A stretch of 62,991 nt of DNA, the filler included, from Octopus bimaculoides (Eukaryota): the NCBI RefSeq assembly GCF_001194135.2. It is 5 parts of 4 records of this genome, joined end to end, with 100 filler letters (N's around TTAATTAATTAA, not from the genome) between each part and the next. Parts side by side here need not be neighbours in the genome. Positions count along the whole stretch, not along the records: positions 23,645 to 45,077 come from NC_068986.1; positions 45,178 to 47,367 come from NW_026350900.1; positions 47,468 to 50,284 come from NC_068982.1; positions 50,385 to 62,991 come from NC_068993.1; 1 more part is not named here. One strand, given 5' to 3'. The stretch's first letter is position 1, and each line of letters opens with the position of its first letter. The notes beneath the pieces were generated by a model that saw only the letters and a program-made list of their open reading frames with translations, did not search any database and was not told where the DNA came from. Of this stretch, positions 38,410 to 51,938 are shown piece after piece. The translations under genes and the position numbers were made by a program.

Positions 38410-40080
38410 AGAGCGTGTACATTTACGAAAAGAAGTCAAGAAGGATTGCCCTTTCCTAAAAATCTTTTTTTAAAGAGCTTCGAGTCGGCAAAATAAAATA
38501 CTATCCCCATTTTGCAGAGTTTTGTACGGCACATGGTGGTCGGTAGGATATTAAATTTCATTTGAAATTTGAAAGGTACAAAGTGATTTTTGTTGCTAGT
38601 TCGTCGCGATTAAATACTTTTTATTTTAAAAGTCAGAGATAATCGAACGTTAGCTTCTCGTTGTTTTTCATACCGTTTCTCATAAACTGAATTTCATGAC
38701 ATCCGACAGTTCATTAAAGTTGGTCTCAAAATGCTTTGATTCAAAGTCTCGTCTAGTGCAGACAAAATGTGAAGCCTTAATTTTAAATGTAATTTTATCA
38801 GAGGCTGAATCTGAGCTTGCTAAAGACCTATCAAGGGCAAAATGATACTTTTTATTATTCGATATAACATTACTGAACAGTGGGTACAAGTCAAACTTTT
38901 GGATATACACACTGTTCCAGTCGAGACGTCTGAGATCTTGACTAATACTTAATTCCTAATTATTGGATAATTAAGAGTTGATGGAAAAATTGTTAGATTT
39001 TGTGAGGACAACTGCAACACAAATTTTGGTGGTGTACAATAAAAAGGCAATAACAATATATTAAAAACCAAACTTGAAAGGGATTTTGTTGGCATTGGCG
39101 GCACTGCATATAATGTGCACAAGGGTCTCCAAAGAATTGTTGGTCTATTACCAACTGATATCAAAGCATTTACTGTGAAAATTTTCATGTAGTTTCATTT
39201 ATACACAAATCGTTCAACACTGCTCAAAAAATCTTGGGCTTTGCCGAATTGGAATGTTTTGTTAAGGCTATGGGCAATTGACAAAATTATTAACATTTTT
39301 ACTGGTCTCAATTTTTTATTCTGTTCCCAAGAACACTGCCCGGGGGAAATGATTCTGTAGAAATGTATTTATAGTTTGTACATGGACAGTTTAGCACTTT
39401 TAACAAATCTATTCTGGCCATGGAGAAGGACAATTCCAATGCTGTAGATATCAAACTAGAAATTCGACATTTAATTATAAATATAGAAGAAAGGAAAACT
39501 GTGAATTTGTGCCTCAAAATGCAAAAGCCTTGATGAGGAAACTAAAAGAAAATAGTTAAAGTATTGAAAAAGTGAAGAAAAGTGCTTCATATCTAGATTT
39601 ATAGAAATAGAACTTTGAACCGGCGAAAGATTTTGCGTGGTTACATTCTGGAGAGATATCTTTACCTAGTGTGGATCAGTCTGCAGTTAAGAAGAGCAAC
39701 CAAAGGATTGAGAAGCAAGTAATAAATATTGATCCAATATTTGATGAAGCTGTTATTGCGAAGTTCTTTTGAACTTTAAAGAAGTTTGGACAACATAGTA
39801 TGAAGAAAAGTGGTGATTTCTTTTTGTTCATTGCAAAAAAGAAAATGCTTACTAATAGAAGTTCTTAGTACTGTAATAAAATGCATTCTTTACCTTCCTG
39901 TAACTTTTTCACCAGATATGAGTGTTTCCTGTAATAAATAATTTGTGGTCAGATAAGAGAGGCACAATATGGTAAAAACTACAGTCAAGAACCGTCTGAT
40001 GACTAAACTAAAAAAATTCCACAAAGCTGCTCAGAAGTTTTTGACAAAATTAAAAAAATTACAATGAATTTCTTAATTTC
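38410..40080 (+). mobile_element. Decayed hAT-superfamily transposase
   Basis: Fragments across stops and frameshifts: HKLNF..SLKLVSKCFDSK..TKCEALILNVI; VKLLDIHTVPVETSEIL; FCEDNCNTNFGGV; LLPTDIKAFTVKIF*FHLYT; NNLWSDKR (C-terminal dimerisation region). Confidence 0.7.
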
Positions 40081-40749
40081 AAGTGTAAAAATATGAAAGT
40101 ACTGATGACTGAATGAAATATTACGTGACAATAAAAACATGTGTTTACTTTAATTTATTTTTAAATATTGCTTTCTACTTGACATTATTTTACATGCATG
40201 TGTTGTCAAGTAAAGAATAACTACTTTGTACATCTGTTTCTATTCCCAGTCTTTCTATGTCCTTCAGCCAGACTCTCAATTTTCTAAGTGATAAAGCCAA
40301 ATCGTATATCTTACCAGTTCACACATAACACTTCAGTACTTTCAAGCAACTGACTCCATGTCAAAAGAAAACATGCAGTTGTGTTAACCTTTAGCACATT
40401 GTATTTTCTCTAGAACTGTTTCCCCCCGCCACTGCCCTACAACTACAGGGGGAAAAACTCATACGGTGACATTATGCACCTACAGTGTGTTAAAAATTAT
40501 GATAAGCTTATGTATAAACAGTGAATACACGCCACAAGAATTTTTTTTTTCAATCTACCAGAAATAACAGTCAACTCTCTTTTAAATATGTTCCTACAGT
40601 CTCCGAAAAACAAATGGAATAGCACATCATATGTTGTAATCCTTAATGCAATGTGTTTCGAAGAAAGCTGAGTTGATTTGATCATAAATCTATCAACCTG
40701 AGAATAGCTAGTGCTACACAATCGTAACGACAGATTAGATGATACATTG

Positions 40750-40865
40750 GCTTACTCCTGTTTACGATAAAAACACCGGTTCTCGACCCATCAACGAAGC
40801 TAAAACAGCATCCAGCCTTGTTAGTACTTGGGCGACTCCTTGAAAAACCTACATGCTGTAAGATT
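40750..40865 (+). pseudogene. 5S rRNA pseudogene or 5S-derived SINE head
   Basis: acaccggttctcgacccatcaacgaagctaaaacagcatccagccttgttagtacttg---ggcgac...atgctgtaagatt aligns along its length to the invertebrate 5S consensus as I recall it (ACACCGGTTCTCGTCCGATCACCGAAGTTAAG...GGTTAGTACTTGGATGGGTGACC...GTGCTGTA). Box C carries a deletion. Confidence 0.8.
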
Positions 40866-40882
40866 GAGCGTTAATTTTGGAA

Positions 40883-41010
40883 AGCGCGTGGCCTAAAAGA
40901 TAGAGGGTATTCACCTCACAACCATAAGGTTGTCGGTTCGGTTATATGACCAGGCTGCGGGTTGTTTCGTTTCTCATTGCTACCGTTTACTTAGCTGAAA
41001 ATAAGTACCA
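40883..41010 (+). mobile_element. Old SINE family D-like head, internally deleted
   Basis: gcgcgtggcct...ctcacaaccataaggttgtcggttcgg..gaccaggctgcgggttgt...tttacttagctgaaaataagtacc is collinear with the reverse complement of 34850-34990. Confidence 0.65.
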
Positions 41011-41324
41011 GCCCAGTGTTTGTGCTGCACTCCCCCTCTATCTCTCTGTCTCCCATTTCTCTTTCTTTCTAGTTGTTACTTCCACGATATTTCGCTGAGT
41101 CAAGGTTGAGAGTATGCTTATGTCTGCTCGAGACTACATAGACATCTAAAACGATTTGCGAAAGCCAGGTTCATAATATCAGGTCATACACGCTTGCGAG
41201 TGACAGCTACGGTTTGGTTCCAGCAAACCACTGAAGATACTGGATAATCACACCGTTGACCATAAGTATGTTCGTCAAGGTCGACCTAGGGCTAAACGAT
41301 AATAAGTATACTAACATCTTTTAT

Positions 41325-41596
41325 GTTTTACTTGTTTCGGTCATTAGACTGTGGACATGCTGGTGCATCACCTTGAAAAAAATTAATTGACCCCAGGTCT
41401 TTTTGAAAGCCTGGTACATTATCGGTCTCTTTTACCGAACCGCTTAGTTACGAAAATGTAAAAAACCAACATCGGTTCTCAGGAAGAGTTGATGCAAACA
41501 GGTAAAATAGAACTCAAAATATGTTTGATATGTGCCAATGCACGAAACTCTCGGACCTTGAGTTACTCTGTTACTTCTGCTATATATATATATATG

Positions 41597-41629
<33 letters not shown>

Positions 41630-42335
41630 NNNNNNNNNNNNNNNNNNNNNNNNNNNNNNNNNNNNNNNNNNNNNNNNNNNNNNNNNNNNNNNNNNNNNNN
41701 NNNNNNNNNNNNNNNNNNNNNNNNNNNNNNNNNNNNNNNNNNNNNNNNNNNNNNNNNNNNNNNNNNNNNNNNNNNNNNNNNNNNNNNNNNNNNNNNNNNN
41801 NNNNNNNNNNNNNNNNNNNNNNNNNNNNNNNNNNNNNNNNNNNNNNNNNNNNNNNNNNNNNNNNNNNNNNNNNNNNNNNNNNNNNNNNNNNNNNNNNNNN
41901 NNNNNNNNNNNNNNNNNNNNNNNNNNNNNNNNNNNNNNNNNNNNNNNNNNNNNNNNNNNNNNNNNNNNNNNNNNNNNNNNNNNNNNNNNNNNNNNNNNNN
42001 NNNNNNNNNNNNNNNNNNNNNNNNNNNNNNNNNNNNNNNNNNNNNNNNNNNNNNNNNNNNNNNNNNNNNNNNATATATATATATATATATATATACAAAA
42101 CCGATTTAAGAGATAAACGGTAACCGCTAGGATTACATATTCCGTTGAAATCATTATATATATATACGACAGGATTCTTTCTGTTTCCCCGTCTACCAAA
42201 TCTAGTTACAAGGCTTTGGCCTGCCCGAGGTTATAGTAGAAGACACTTGCCCAAAGAGCCACACTTCCCAACTACCCGAAATCATGGAGTTGGGAAGCAA
42301 ACTTCTTACCACACACAGCCACGACAACGCCTATG
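41325..42335 (-). mobile_element. SINE family B halves (3' half 41325-41480; 5' half 42165-42335) on either side of (TA)n and a gap
   Basis: cttgtttcggtcattagactgtggacatgctggtgc... and ...ttccccgtctaccaaatc..caaggctttggcctgcccgagg..agacacttgccca..cttcttaccacacagcc. Confidence 0.75.
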
Positions 42336-42680
42336 TCTCTATAAAAAGTTAAAATACTTGTACATCAACTTTTTAGTCAAAGAAATCTCAACTTCCTGGA
42401 AATATGTTGAGTATCGTTAGTTGTAAAAAGGAATTAAGGTCATGCTACTCATATCAGGAGTGTTTAGCTTATTCAAGTTCGCAGATGTCGTCTGCTCTCG
42501 ATATCTCGATGGGGGATTTCTACAAAAATAACAGTCACATCTCATTCTCCATCAACATCTCTAACCTATTTCCTATTTACTTCTCAGTCAACCCATCTAT
42601 TTAGCTATCTAGCTACCCAGCTATATAGCTATATATACATATCCATTCATCTATTCATTTGCCTACAAAAAAAGTATATA

Positions 42681-42857
42681 TAGGCGCAGGCGTAGCTGTG
42701 TGGTTAGAAGCTTGTTTCCCAACGACACGGTTCCGGGTTCACCTCCACTGCGTGGCACCTTCAGCAAGTGTCTTCTACTATAGTCTCGGGTTGACCAAAG
42801 CCTTGCGAGTGGATGTGGTAGACGGAAACTGAAAGAAGCATGTCGTGTGTGTGTGCA

Positions 42858-42891
<34 letters not shown>

Positions 42892-42938
42892 TGTGTGAAT
42901 GTATCTTTGTGTCTATCCTTGTCCCCCCCACCATCACT
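42681..42938 (+). mobile_element. SINE family B, 5' half running into a gap
   Basis: taggcgcaggcgtagctgtgtggttagaagcttg...ccgggttcacctccactgcgtggcacc...gacggaaactgaaagaagc, then (TG)n. Confidence 0.9.
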
Positions 42939-43216
42939 NNNNNNNNNNNNNNNNNNNNNNNNNNNNNNNNNNNNNNNNNNNNNNNNNNNNNNNNNNNNNN
43001 NNNNNNNNNNNNNNNNNNNNNNNNNNNNNNNNNNNNNNNNNNNNNNNNNNNNNNNNNNNNNNNNNNNNNNNNNNNNNNNNNNNNNNNNNNNNNNNNNNNN
43101 NNNNNNNNNNNNNNNNNNNNNNNNNNNNNNNNNNNNNNNNNNNNNNNNNNNNNNNNNNNNNNNNNNNNNNNNNNNNNNNNNNNNNNNNNNNNNNNNNNNN
43201 NNNNNNNNNNNNNNNN

Positions 43217-43248
<32 letters not shown>

Positions 43249-43893
43249 GAACAAAAACGCAATAGAGGACAATAAAAACATTCGGATACATAGACGATAC
43301 AAAGGCGAACAAGAGAAACAACAATTAGGACTGGGAAAAAAAGACGGGTCATTCGTGGCTTTTTTTCTTCTTAAGTCAAGTACCAGGTGTGACGACCATT
43401 TCGGGCAGTTACACTTGAGATGGTTTGATCTGGTTGCCCCCCAAAAAAGTCTAAGCTAAGAGCATTAGACCCCTTTGTAAGAAAGCTAACGAATGTGTAC
43501 GACAACAAAGACAAAAAACGGAGAACATGATACACAATTACGAATACAAACAACAAAGAATAACAGCAGGTGTCTTTCGACTGAGAACGAATCAAATTGA
43601 GCTGTCCTGTATGAAGTGAAAGCCAAAAGGCAGGAATATAGGAGATGGATATAAGAGGTATTGGCGGTCGGCAGTCAGGCCAAGAAAGAAAGATCATGGC
43701 TGGCCGGACACCGGTCACGTGGAAGGATACACACACACACATACACACCACATTCACACCACACACACAAAAGTTTATCTCACTATCTAATAAGTTTGCT
43801 ATATTGCAGTTATATCCAACTTCACCTAGCTACTAGCAGACTAGCTAGATATGCTTGTAACACAGTTGTACAAAAATTCATCTACTCATTTAA

Positions 43894-43943
<50 letters not shown>

Positions 43944-44704
43944 CTACAAACAAATTCATCTTACTATTTAAGTAACAAACTAACTAGCGACGCAAATATA
44001 TGCCTAGCTATATAGACTATATAGCTATATAATACAGCTATCTAATCTTCAAGTTACACATTATTTTCAATGGATAAAACGTCATATTTATTTACTATAT
44101 GTATATTTTTTTCTGCTATGTTGTTGTGATTATTGTTATTTAACTTCAAGTCAAAGCTCATCTGCTGACCTATGAACGTATCCGTCCATCTATGATTATC
44201 CCTGGTAAACATTAGAGTGAACTTTGAAAACCTATGGCCAAAAACTGTCCATCCGTGACCAGCGTATGGTCTAACAAGAATGCACTTCGGAATACATTAG
44301 CTAATGTATTCTTCTTAGTCGTAAGATGCCATTTTAGGAAGATTTTTTTCTAGCAGATAGAACAATCAAGTCCCAGCCTCATCGTTGAACATGATACCGT
44401 TAAATATGGTAATTTCATCAAGTTGATAGTTGGAAACGGGTGTAAAAAAACAGAACAAGGATTTGAATGACGATTCTCAAATTCCAGATTTATAGTTCCA
44501 TAATCAACCAACGTCCAGACATTATGGTATATAGTTGGTTCCACCATAAAGATAATATTTGTGGAGGTCATCTTTTTGTGTGAAGTTTGACATACGAGGT
44601 CAATATTGGCTATGTCGATAAAACAAAACTTCTTCTAAATTCAGAAAGATGGGAAAAGTGGAGCAACACAACAAACTAATAGTATTTATTGATGTTAGAG
44701 TTTA

Positions 44705-44860
44705 GATCGGTCGAGGGCAACCTGCGGCCCGCGCGACTTTCTAATACGCTCCCGTGCCTGATTTAGAGCCAACAGAGCGTTATTTGTCAAAAGCAGATTA
44801 GGTTGCAGATCAAACAGTGATTGTATGGTGTGGTCTACTAACGGGTTGGGGATTGATGGC
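44705..44860 (+). mobile_element. hAT/Charlie-like MITE relic
   Basis: gggcaacctgcggcccgcg near the left end and gggttgggga near the right end resemble Charlie-MITE termini; degraded. Confidence 0.4.
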
Positions 44861-44962
44861 TCAATACATACACACGCACAAACATCTGTGTATATATATA
44901 AAGAATATAAAGGATATATAAAAAGGAATAATATATACAAACACACACACGCACGCAAACAC

Positions 44963-45005
<43 letters not shown>

Positions 45006-45177
45006 TATATATATGATATGATAAGATGAAATTTCAAAATTATAAATTAATACAAATATATGATAAATATACACATGNNNNNNNNNNNNNNNNNNNNNNN
45101 NNNNNNNNNNNNNNNNNNNNNTTAATTAATTAANNNNNNNNNNNNNNNNNNNNNNNNNNNNNNNNNNNNNNNNNNNN

Positions 45178-45486
45178 ACGTGCAAGTGGCTGAGCACTCC
45201 ACAGACACGTGTACCCTTAACGTAGTTCTCGGGGGATATTCAGCATGACACAGAGTGTGACAAGGCTGACCCTTTGAATTACAGGCACAAAGCAGAAACA
45301 GGAAGTAAGAGTGAGAGAAAGTTGTGGTGGAAGAATACAGCAGGGTTCGCCACCATCCCCTGCCGGAGCCTCGTGGGGCTTTAGGTGCTTTCGCTCAATA
45401 AACACTCACAACGCCCGGTCTGGGAATCGAAACCGCGATCCTATGACAGCGAGTCCACTGCCCTAACCACTGGGCCATTGCGCCTC
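45178..45486 (-). mobile_element. SINE family A, 3' end lost in a gap
   Basis: Collinear with 33920-34214. Confidence 0.92.
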
Positions 45487-45779
45487 TAGATAATCTAATG
45501 TACACAGTGTAAAGATAACAACTACTAATAGCGTCTTGTTTTGGAGACGTGGTCAGGTTTTTACACCACGCCTTCAGTCTCCGAGCAATCCTCGAGCTCT
45601 GAGCACATGGTCTATTCAATTTACAAAACAGGACGCTGTTACAAGAGAAATCTCGAGAAAAAAACGAGAAGACGGTGAATGCAAAACGCGGGAAGAGTAT
45701 GATAGATAGATATATGATAAATAGATGTGTATCGTTTGCATTTTTCAGTCACTGGATTCTGGCCATGCTGGAGTAATTA

Positions 45780-46720
45780 TACTATTCCTTTAAAAATATT
45801 CCTACACCTTCAAATGAACTGTACAAAAGAATGCTGCTTTGAAAAATTATTGATATTATAAGACGCATGAGGTGGAAAGCTTTTCTCTTCGACCAAGCTG
45901 CACCACACTCGGACAAAGACCACTTCAACATCAGGTCTAGAAAATTCCCACCCAAGATCAAAGAACTCGTAGTTTTCGAAGCAGACCTGCTGGGCATTAT
46001 ACCAAACCTTAGGTTCCGTAAATCCTCATCCACCTTTCAATGTAGACTTAAATCTAGATATACACCTCCTTAAGAATTCAGATAGTACCCTACTATTTTC
46101 ACATAAGACAAATAACCTTTATAAGAAAGATAATGACCACTACAACAGGCTCTTAGAGAAGAACATCACACAAAAATATAGACGGGCCATAACATCAATA
46201 ATGAGGCAAAACGAATAGCCACCGACCAAGACATTGCCGACAGGGTAGATAGACTAGCTGAATGTAATGCTTTTATAATTATCAAGGATTACAAACCGAA
46301 CTTCGCTTCCAACCCTAAATGCCGCCTGATTAACCCTGCCAAATCCGAAATAGGACTGGTGAGTAAACACAGCCTAAGAAGGGTTAATGAAGACACAAGG
46401 AAGGCATCTAATTTCTCTTTATGTCGTAACACAATCGAGGTGTTACATTGGTTTGAGACCAAACGAAGCAATTTTAGAGCTAAGTTCATACAATTCGATA
46501 TAGTAGATTTTTATCCATCGATATCGAAAATGTTACTTGATAGGGCATTAGCATATGCTAGACGAATTACCGATATAAGTGATAAAGAAATAGAAATGAT
46601 TATGCAGGATAGGAAAACGCTGCGGTTCAACCAGGATTCATCCTGTGTCAAACGCCTTCAATGTCGCGATGGGGGCATATGACAGTGCTGATATTTGCGA
46701 CCTTATAGGGTTTTAAATTC
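45780..46720 (+). mobile_element. Penelope-like element, N-terminal half of the RT ORF, frameshifted and cut off by a SINE
   Basis: YSFKNIPTPS..YKRMLL*KIIDIIRRMRWKAFLF; KTNNLYK..YNRLLEKNITQKY; AFIIIKDYKPNFASNPKCRLINPAKSEIG; FIQFDIVDFYPSIS; FNVAMGAYDSADICDLIG. Confidence 0.9.
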
Positions 46721-46789
46721 CCCTCTGTCCACTTCAGCTTATGTAGAGATAATACCTTAGCCATCTCCAGAGGGGAGATGGCTAATATA

Positions 46790-46960
46790 TATAGGCACAG
46801 GCGTGGCTGTGTAGTAAGAAGCTTGCTTCCCAACCACATGGTTCCAGGTTCAGTCCCACTGCGTGGCACCTTGAGCAAATCTCTTCTACTACAGCCTCGG
46901 GCCGACCAAAGCCTTGTGAGTTGATTTGGTAGACAGAAACTAAAAGAAGCCCTTCGTATA
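46790..46960 (+). mobile_element. SINE family B, 5' half followed by an expanded microsatellite
   Basis: ataggcacaggcgtggctgtgtagtaagaagcttgcttcccaaccacatggttccaggttcagtcccactgcgtggcacc. Confidence 0.9.
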
Positions 46961-47632
46961 TATATATATGTGTATGTGTGTGTATGTATATATGTGTATG
47001 TACGTATGTATATAGGTGTATGTACGTATGTATATATGTGTATGTACGTATGTATGATGTATGTATGTATGTGTGTGTGTGTGTGTGTGTGTGGGCGACA
47101 GAAAGAGAGATGGTAGCGGAGGGAGAGGTTGAGTACAAGAATAGTACTAGCACAATAACTCCAACATCACCACCACCACCACCATCACCACCACCACCAC
47201 CACCACCGCTACAACTACATCTTCAAGCGTTCAATAACCGTGTATGCACACATAAACACACACGGATATGTATATGTGTGTGTGTATGTGTGTGTGTGTG
47301 CATGCACACAGAAAGAGGAAGACAAAGAAAGGAAGCGATAGGAAGAATCATACACACACACACACACNNNNNNNNNNNNNNNNNNNNNNNNNNNNNNNNN
47401 NNNNNNNNNNNTTAATTAATTAANNNNNNNNNNNNNNNNNNNNNNNNNNNNNNNNNNNNNNNNNNNNCAACATATGGACGCTGGTTACTCTCGTTCATAG
47501 TTAACGTTTAGGTTTCTGAAATTTTGAATTTTTAATCACCTTTTGTTTTGAACTTGACAGACAGACGTACTGTCGAAATATTGTTCAACGAATAAAACAT
47601 TTATACAATCGAATCGCGCTCTTCGTCTTGAC

Positions 47633-47692
<60 letters not shown>

Positions 47693-47739
47693 CATTATTA
47701 TTATCATTATTATCCTTATTATTATCATTATTATTATAG

Positions 47740-47910
47740 AATCGTTAGTACGCGAGGCAAAATGCCTAGCAGCAATTCATCTGTCTTTGCACTTTGAGTT
47801 CAAATGCTGCCGGGGTCGACTTTGCCTTTCGTCTTTTCGGGGTCAATAAAATAACTACAAGTAGAGTACTGGGGTCCAGTTACATCGATGGCCTTGTTTC
47901 TGAATTTGAA
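47740..47910 (+). mobile_element. SINE family C, diverged
   Basis: agaatcgttagtacgcgaggcaaaatgcctagc...tgagttcaaatgctgccggggtcgactttgcctttcgtc. Confidence 0.8.
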
Positions 47911-49699
47911 ACCACCACCACTACCACCATCATCGATATCATCGTCATCATCATCATCATCATCATCATCATTTCTATTATTTCTGATATCGCTAATATA
48001 TTTCATTATCTCCATTTAGTTGTAGGAGCTTCGACATAATTATTAAACTTTCGCCTTCGCTCATTGTAGATCTATGAACATTTCCAGTATTAAGAAAATA
48101 AAACAATCCGTCCATGAAATTACATCAGACTTACGTTTCTATTTTCCCAATATTTAAATACAGCTTAAGATGATCTACAGACGTATATATAATACATATA
48201 CTGAAAATAATGTAGTTGGTTAGCTTCCAGACCCTCACCAGAAGAACAGTTGATATATATGGTAGCAGGCATTGCTGTATGATAAAGAAGTTTGTCTCGC
48301 AACTGTGTGATTCTGCTTGAATTTTCATCAGTTATAGAACATAGTAACAATACCTAACTTATGTATATCTGAATAGATAAAGAGATACATCAGCTGCATA
48401 GAGTACTTATTTACTCAGATTTTTGGTGATTTATTACTCAACTTCTTTCAACATTTTTTTATTAATTTATGTAGCTTTCATCGTTGTCAAAACTAACAAC
48501 CTGCAGGGAATTGCAACCGAAAATTCCTCGTATGACAACCTCTCGGGTTAATGGAGGTAGACATATGTGTCTATGAGAACTTGGTCCTGGTTATGATTTA
48601 TCTTACAAGATGATCACAGCTTAAACGTTTTTAACCATAGCTTTGCTTAATAACGGAAGACCTAGGACAAAGCAACATCATACGCCAACCACATAGGAAT
48701 TAATCTTAGATGAAACTGTTTCATTTTCGCTGTGATTTTTCCCTGAGAAATGAGATTGATGCTAAACATGCTATTGAATCTTTTGTGAGAACGTAAGCAA
48801 TCCAAATTCACTTTCACGACTAATATCAATGAACACTGTAGATTTCTTTTTCAGTAGGATAAAAGTATTCGTTTATTCAATTCCTACTGCTTTAGATATT
48901 TTCAGCCATAGAAGAATAAAAGACAAAGTTGATTCCGATGGATTTGAGAGCAGGAAAAAGAAGGCGAATTTGTAAATCATTTCAGGATTATCTAAAAGCA
49001 AAAAACAAACAAACAAAAAAAAAACACTCATTTGATGGTGACAATTCTGCCATTTTATTTTGACAAGGTATAAATCCTATAAGCCTTCACTCTGTCTTAA
49101 TAACACTATCTGGGAGCGCACCTTGTTTTATTTAACGACGCCCTAGTTATAGTTATGTTAGTCATTGCTGGTTACTTGAATAGGGACAGGTGAACGATAA
49201 ATAACCAACAACAGGATATGAGATCTCCATGATAAAAGGCAACCCGAGACATCAGCCAGTACTATTACGTGCGCTGGGTAAAAATCTCTTAACTTTTCTT
49301 AGTTCACTCCACCTAAATGTAAATAGATTTTATGGAATCTATTTACAGTATTGCCTGATTAACGAAGGGTTCATTATCTTGCGGTGTTGAGTTGCAAATC
49401 TGCTATTGACCTTGATAACGTAACAGGAACTCATTACAAAGTATTCTTTACAGGAAAACACTGAACATGCTTTATCTACGTTCACAAGGGTTCTTCAGCC
49501 ACTCTGTAGTAAATACAGGACAATAAAATTGAGATAGTGAATGCTATGACACCAGTTAGTTTAAATGTGTAGTAATCTTAGCTGTCGGTTCGATTTCAGT
49601 TTTATTTGTTATTTGCTAACATTTACTCTCATTTTTACAATTGAGTAATCTTATTTACATATAATTACATGCATACACGCACGCACACGATGCCTATAT

Positions 49700-49890
49700 G
49701 TGTGTGGCTGTTTATGTATATTTGCTTCTCGTTGCTTGTTAACCGGTGTTGTTCGTTTTCACGTCCCGTTAACTTAGCACTGTGCCAAGAAGAAACCGAT
49801 AGAATGAAGACGTCTTAAAATGAATGTTGAAGTCGATTTGATTAGCAAAAACTTTCACGGCGGTTCTCTAGCATAGATGCAGTCCACAGA
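49700..49890 (+). mobile_element. SINE family B, diverged 3' half
   Basis: gcttgttaaccggtgttg..cacgtcccgttaacttagc..aaccgatagaat..gcggttctctagcatagatgcagtc. Confidence 0.65.
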
Positions 49891-50384
49891 CTATATGAGA
49901 ATTAGAGAAGACAGAGGGAGAGAGGAGAGAAGAGACAGACCGAGAGACAGAGAGAGAGAAAGAGAGGGAGAGAGACTGTAGGAGAGAGAGTGAAAGAAAG
50001 AGAGAAAAAAGAGAGGGAGTGTGGGTGGATCTATACGACTATATCAAGTATCATTAGAAATAGGGATTATATAATATATAAGATAATAGTTAATAATTTG
50101 ACTAGATAAACGAATTTCAAGCTTGAAAATCACGTATAACTGTGACAGACAGGTTAACAAATATGATGCTGGTGAGATACTGTAACCCCAACGGGTGAAT
50201 GTAAATGGTGTGAACAAGAATATAAAGAATGAAAGAAAAATAAGGAAGAAATAAAATTTGATGTATATATATATATATATATATNNNNNNNNNNNNNNNN
50301 NNNNNNNNNNNNNNNNNNNNNNNNNNNNTTAATTAATTAANNNNNNNNNNNNNNNNNNNNNNNNNNNNNNNNNNNNNNNNNNNN

Positions 50385-50435
<51 letters not shown>

Positions 50436-50464
50436 CATTATAACAAACATATGTTTGGTGTTTG

Positions 50465-50625
50465 ATGAAGTGGCAGAGATAGCAGACCGTTGGATTGGAT
50501 AGCTTGTAGAATGTTTTCCGGTTCTCTGTACTCTCGGTTCAGATTGCATTGAAAGCATCTTTGCTTTTCCTCTCAGTAGAATAAAGTATCGGTTCAATAC
50601 TAAGAGCTGATTCGATCGACTGCAT
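50465..50625 (-). mobile_element. SINE family C-like, diverged
   Basis: The reverse complement contains gtcgatcgaatc...gtattgaaccgatactttattc...gaaaagcaaag; collinear but degraded. Confidence 0.5.
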
Positions 50626-51851
50626 CTACCCAATCAAGGTGGATCCATACACCTGAACTGCCTATACTTCAATCGTAGTAAGATTGTGTCAAACTGTATC
50701 TACGATACGGGTTCGAGTTCAGTGTCCAGGCCAGTCCTTGTATTAGCAATTACCGATATAGTTTCAATACCTCAGAAATCGATATCTTTAACGGCTTATT
50801 TGCGATTAAAGATCTACATTCAGACGGACGAGTTATTAAGGTCGCCACCCAACACCATACAATCCATTTTATAGTTGCTGGATGTTTTCATTTTAATTCC
50901 TATTTAGAATGTAACGTGCCAGCGAAATATGTTTAATCATACATACTGAGTTCACAAGATAACAACTTATTAACTTTACTCCTGCTTTGCCGTTTCTCAC
51001 ATTAAAACTATTGTCAAGCAAACCCCAGAGATGAACAGTTTTTAGAACGCATTTATTGAATATTAGACAGATTTGTTCTATAATCATAAAATCCTATTCT
51101 AGCTTCAGAGAAAAGGATTGAATATTATTACTCTGATTGGTAAATTAATTTCTTAGCAAATAGGCTTTGCTGAATAGCCAACAATGGTAGCATCAGAGCA
51201 AGTGTTTTCCTTAATGTATCCTCCCATGTCGGTTTAAATTGAAAACACATAAAACTCCCGGTCAGCAATGCATTAGATATATTCTGCATTAATCATGTTT
51301 TGGACGTACATCAATATTAGGAAATATTACCAAAGTTAGAAGAATTCGGTTATTGCTATCCAGACAATTTCTCTTTTAAAAGGCAGATGCCAAACATAAG
51401 CGGAAACGTCAAGACTGTAAAAGGAACCGATATATCAAATCTGTATGGTTTACAATCTTTATCAAACGATGTACTGGAGACTATCTTTATACTAATAACA
51501 TCAGTCCCAAAATTAGAATTAATCAATGTCTCCATGTTTATAGCCTATTATACATTTCGTTTAAACTCTAGTTTTATGCGATATTACTTGTAATTGAATG
51601 GAAGCTATTTCATAAACTGTTGAACAACTAGATGATTTCTTTAACTAAGTGTCTACACTCTACATTGTCAGCTAAATATCCTATTGATTTCTGATAGAGA
51701 CAAAACACAGCAACAGAAATGGCTACTGAAAAGTTTATCAATGATACACAAAGAGAGGAAGCGAGAGAGATACAGACAGATAGACAGAGACAGAGAGTTG
51801 TGATCGAACAACCATTTACTTGCTTATTAAGTGACATCATTCCTGCTCTTA

Positions 51852-51938
<87 letters not shown>

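Noticed and set aside
45837-45842. In-frame TGA in the PLE N-terminus (MLL*KII) as possible selenocysteine
   Set aside because: Sec recoding is described for Naiad PLEs, but this copy has frameshifts, the position is not an evident Cys column and I see no SECIS; an ordinary nonsense mutation is more likely.
23589-50340. TTAATTAATTAA recurring at 23589, 45122, 47412 and 50329
   Set aside because: Always embedded in N runs as a 100-bp block; a synthetic six-frame-stop scaffold linker, not biology. Adjacency across these joins is uncertain.
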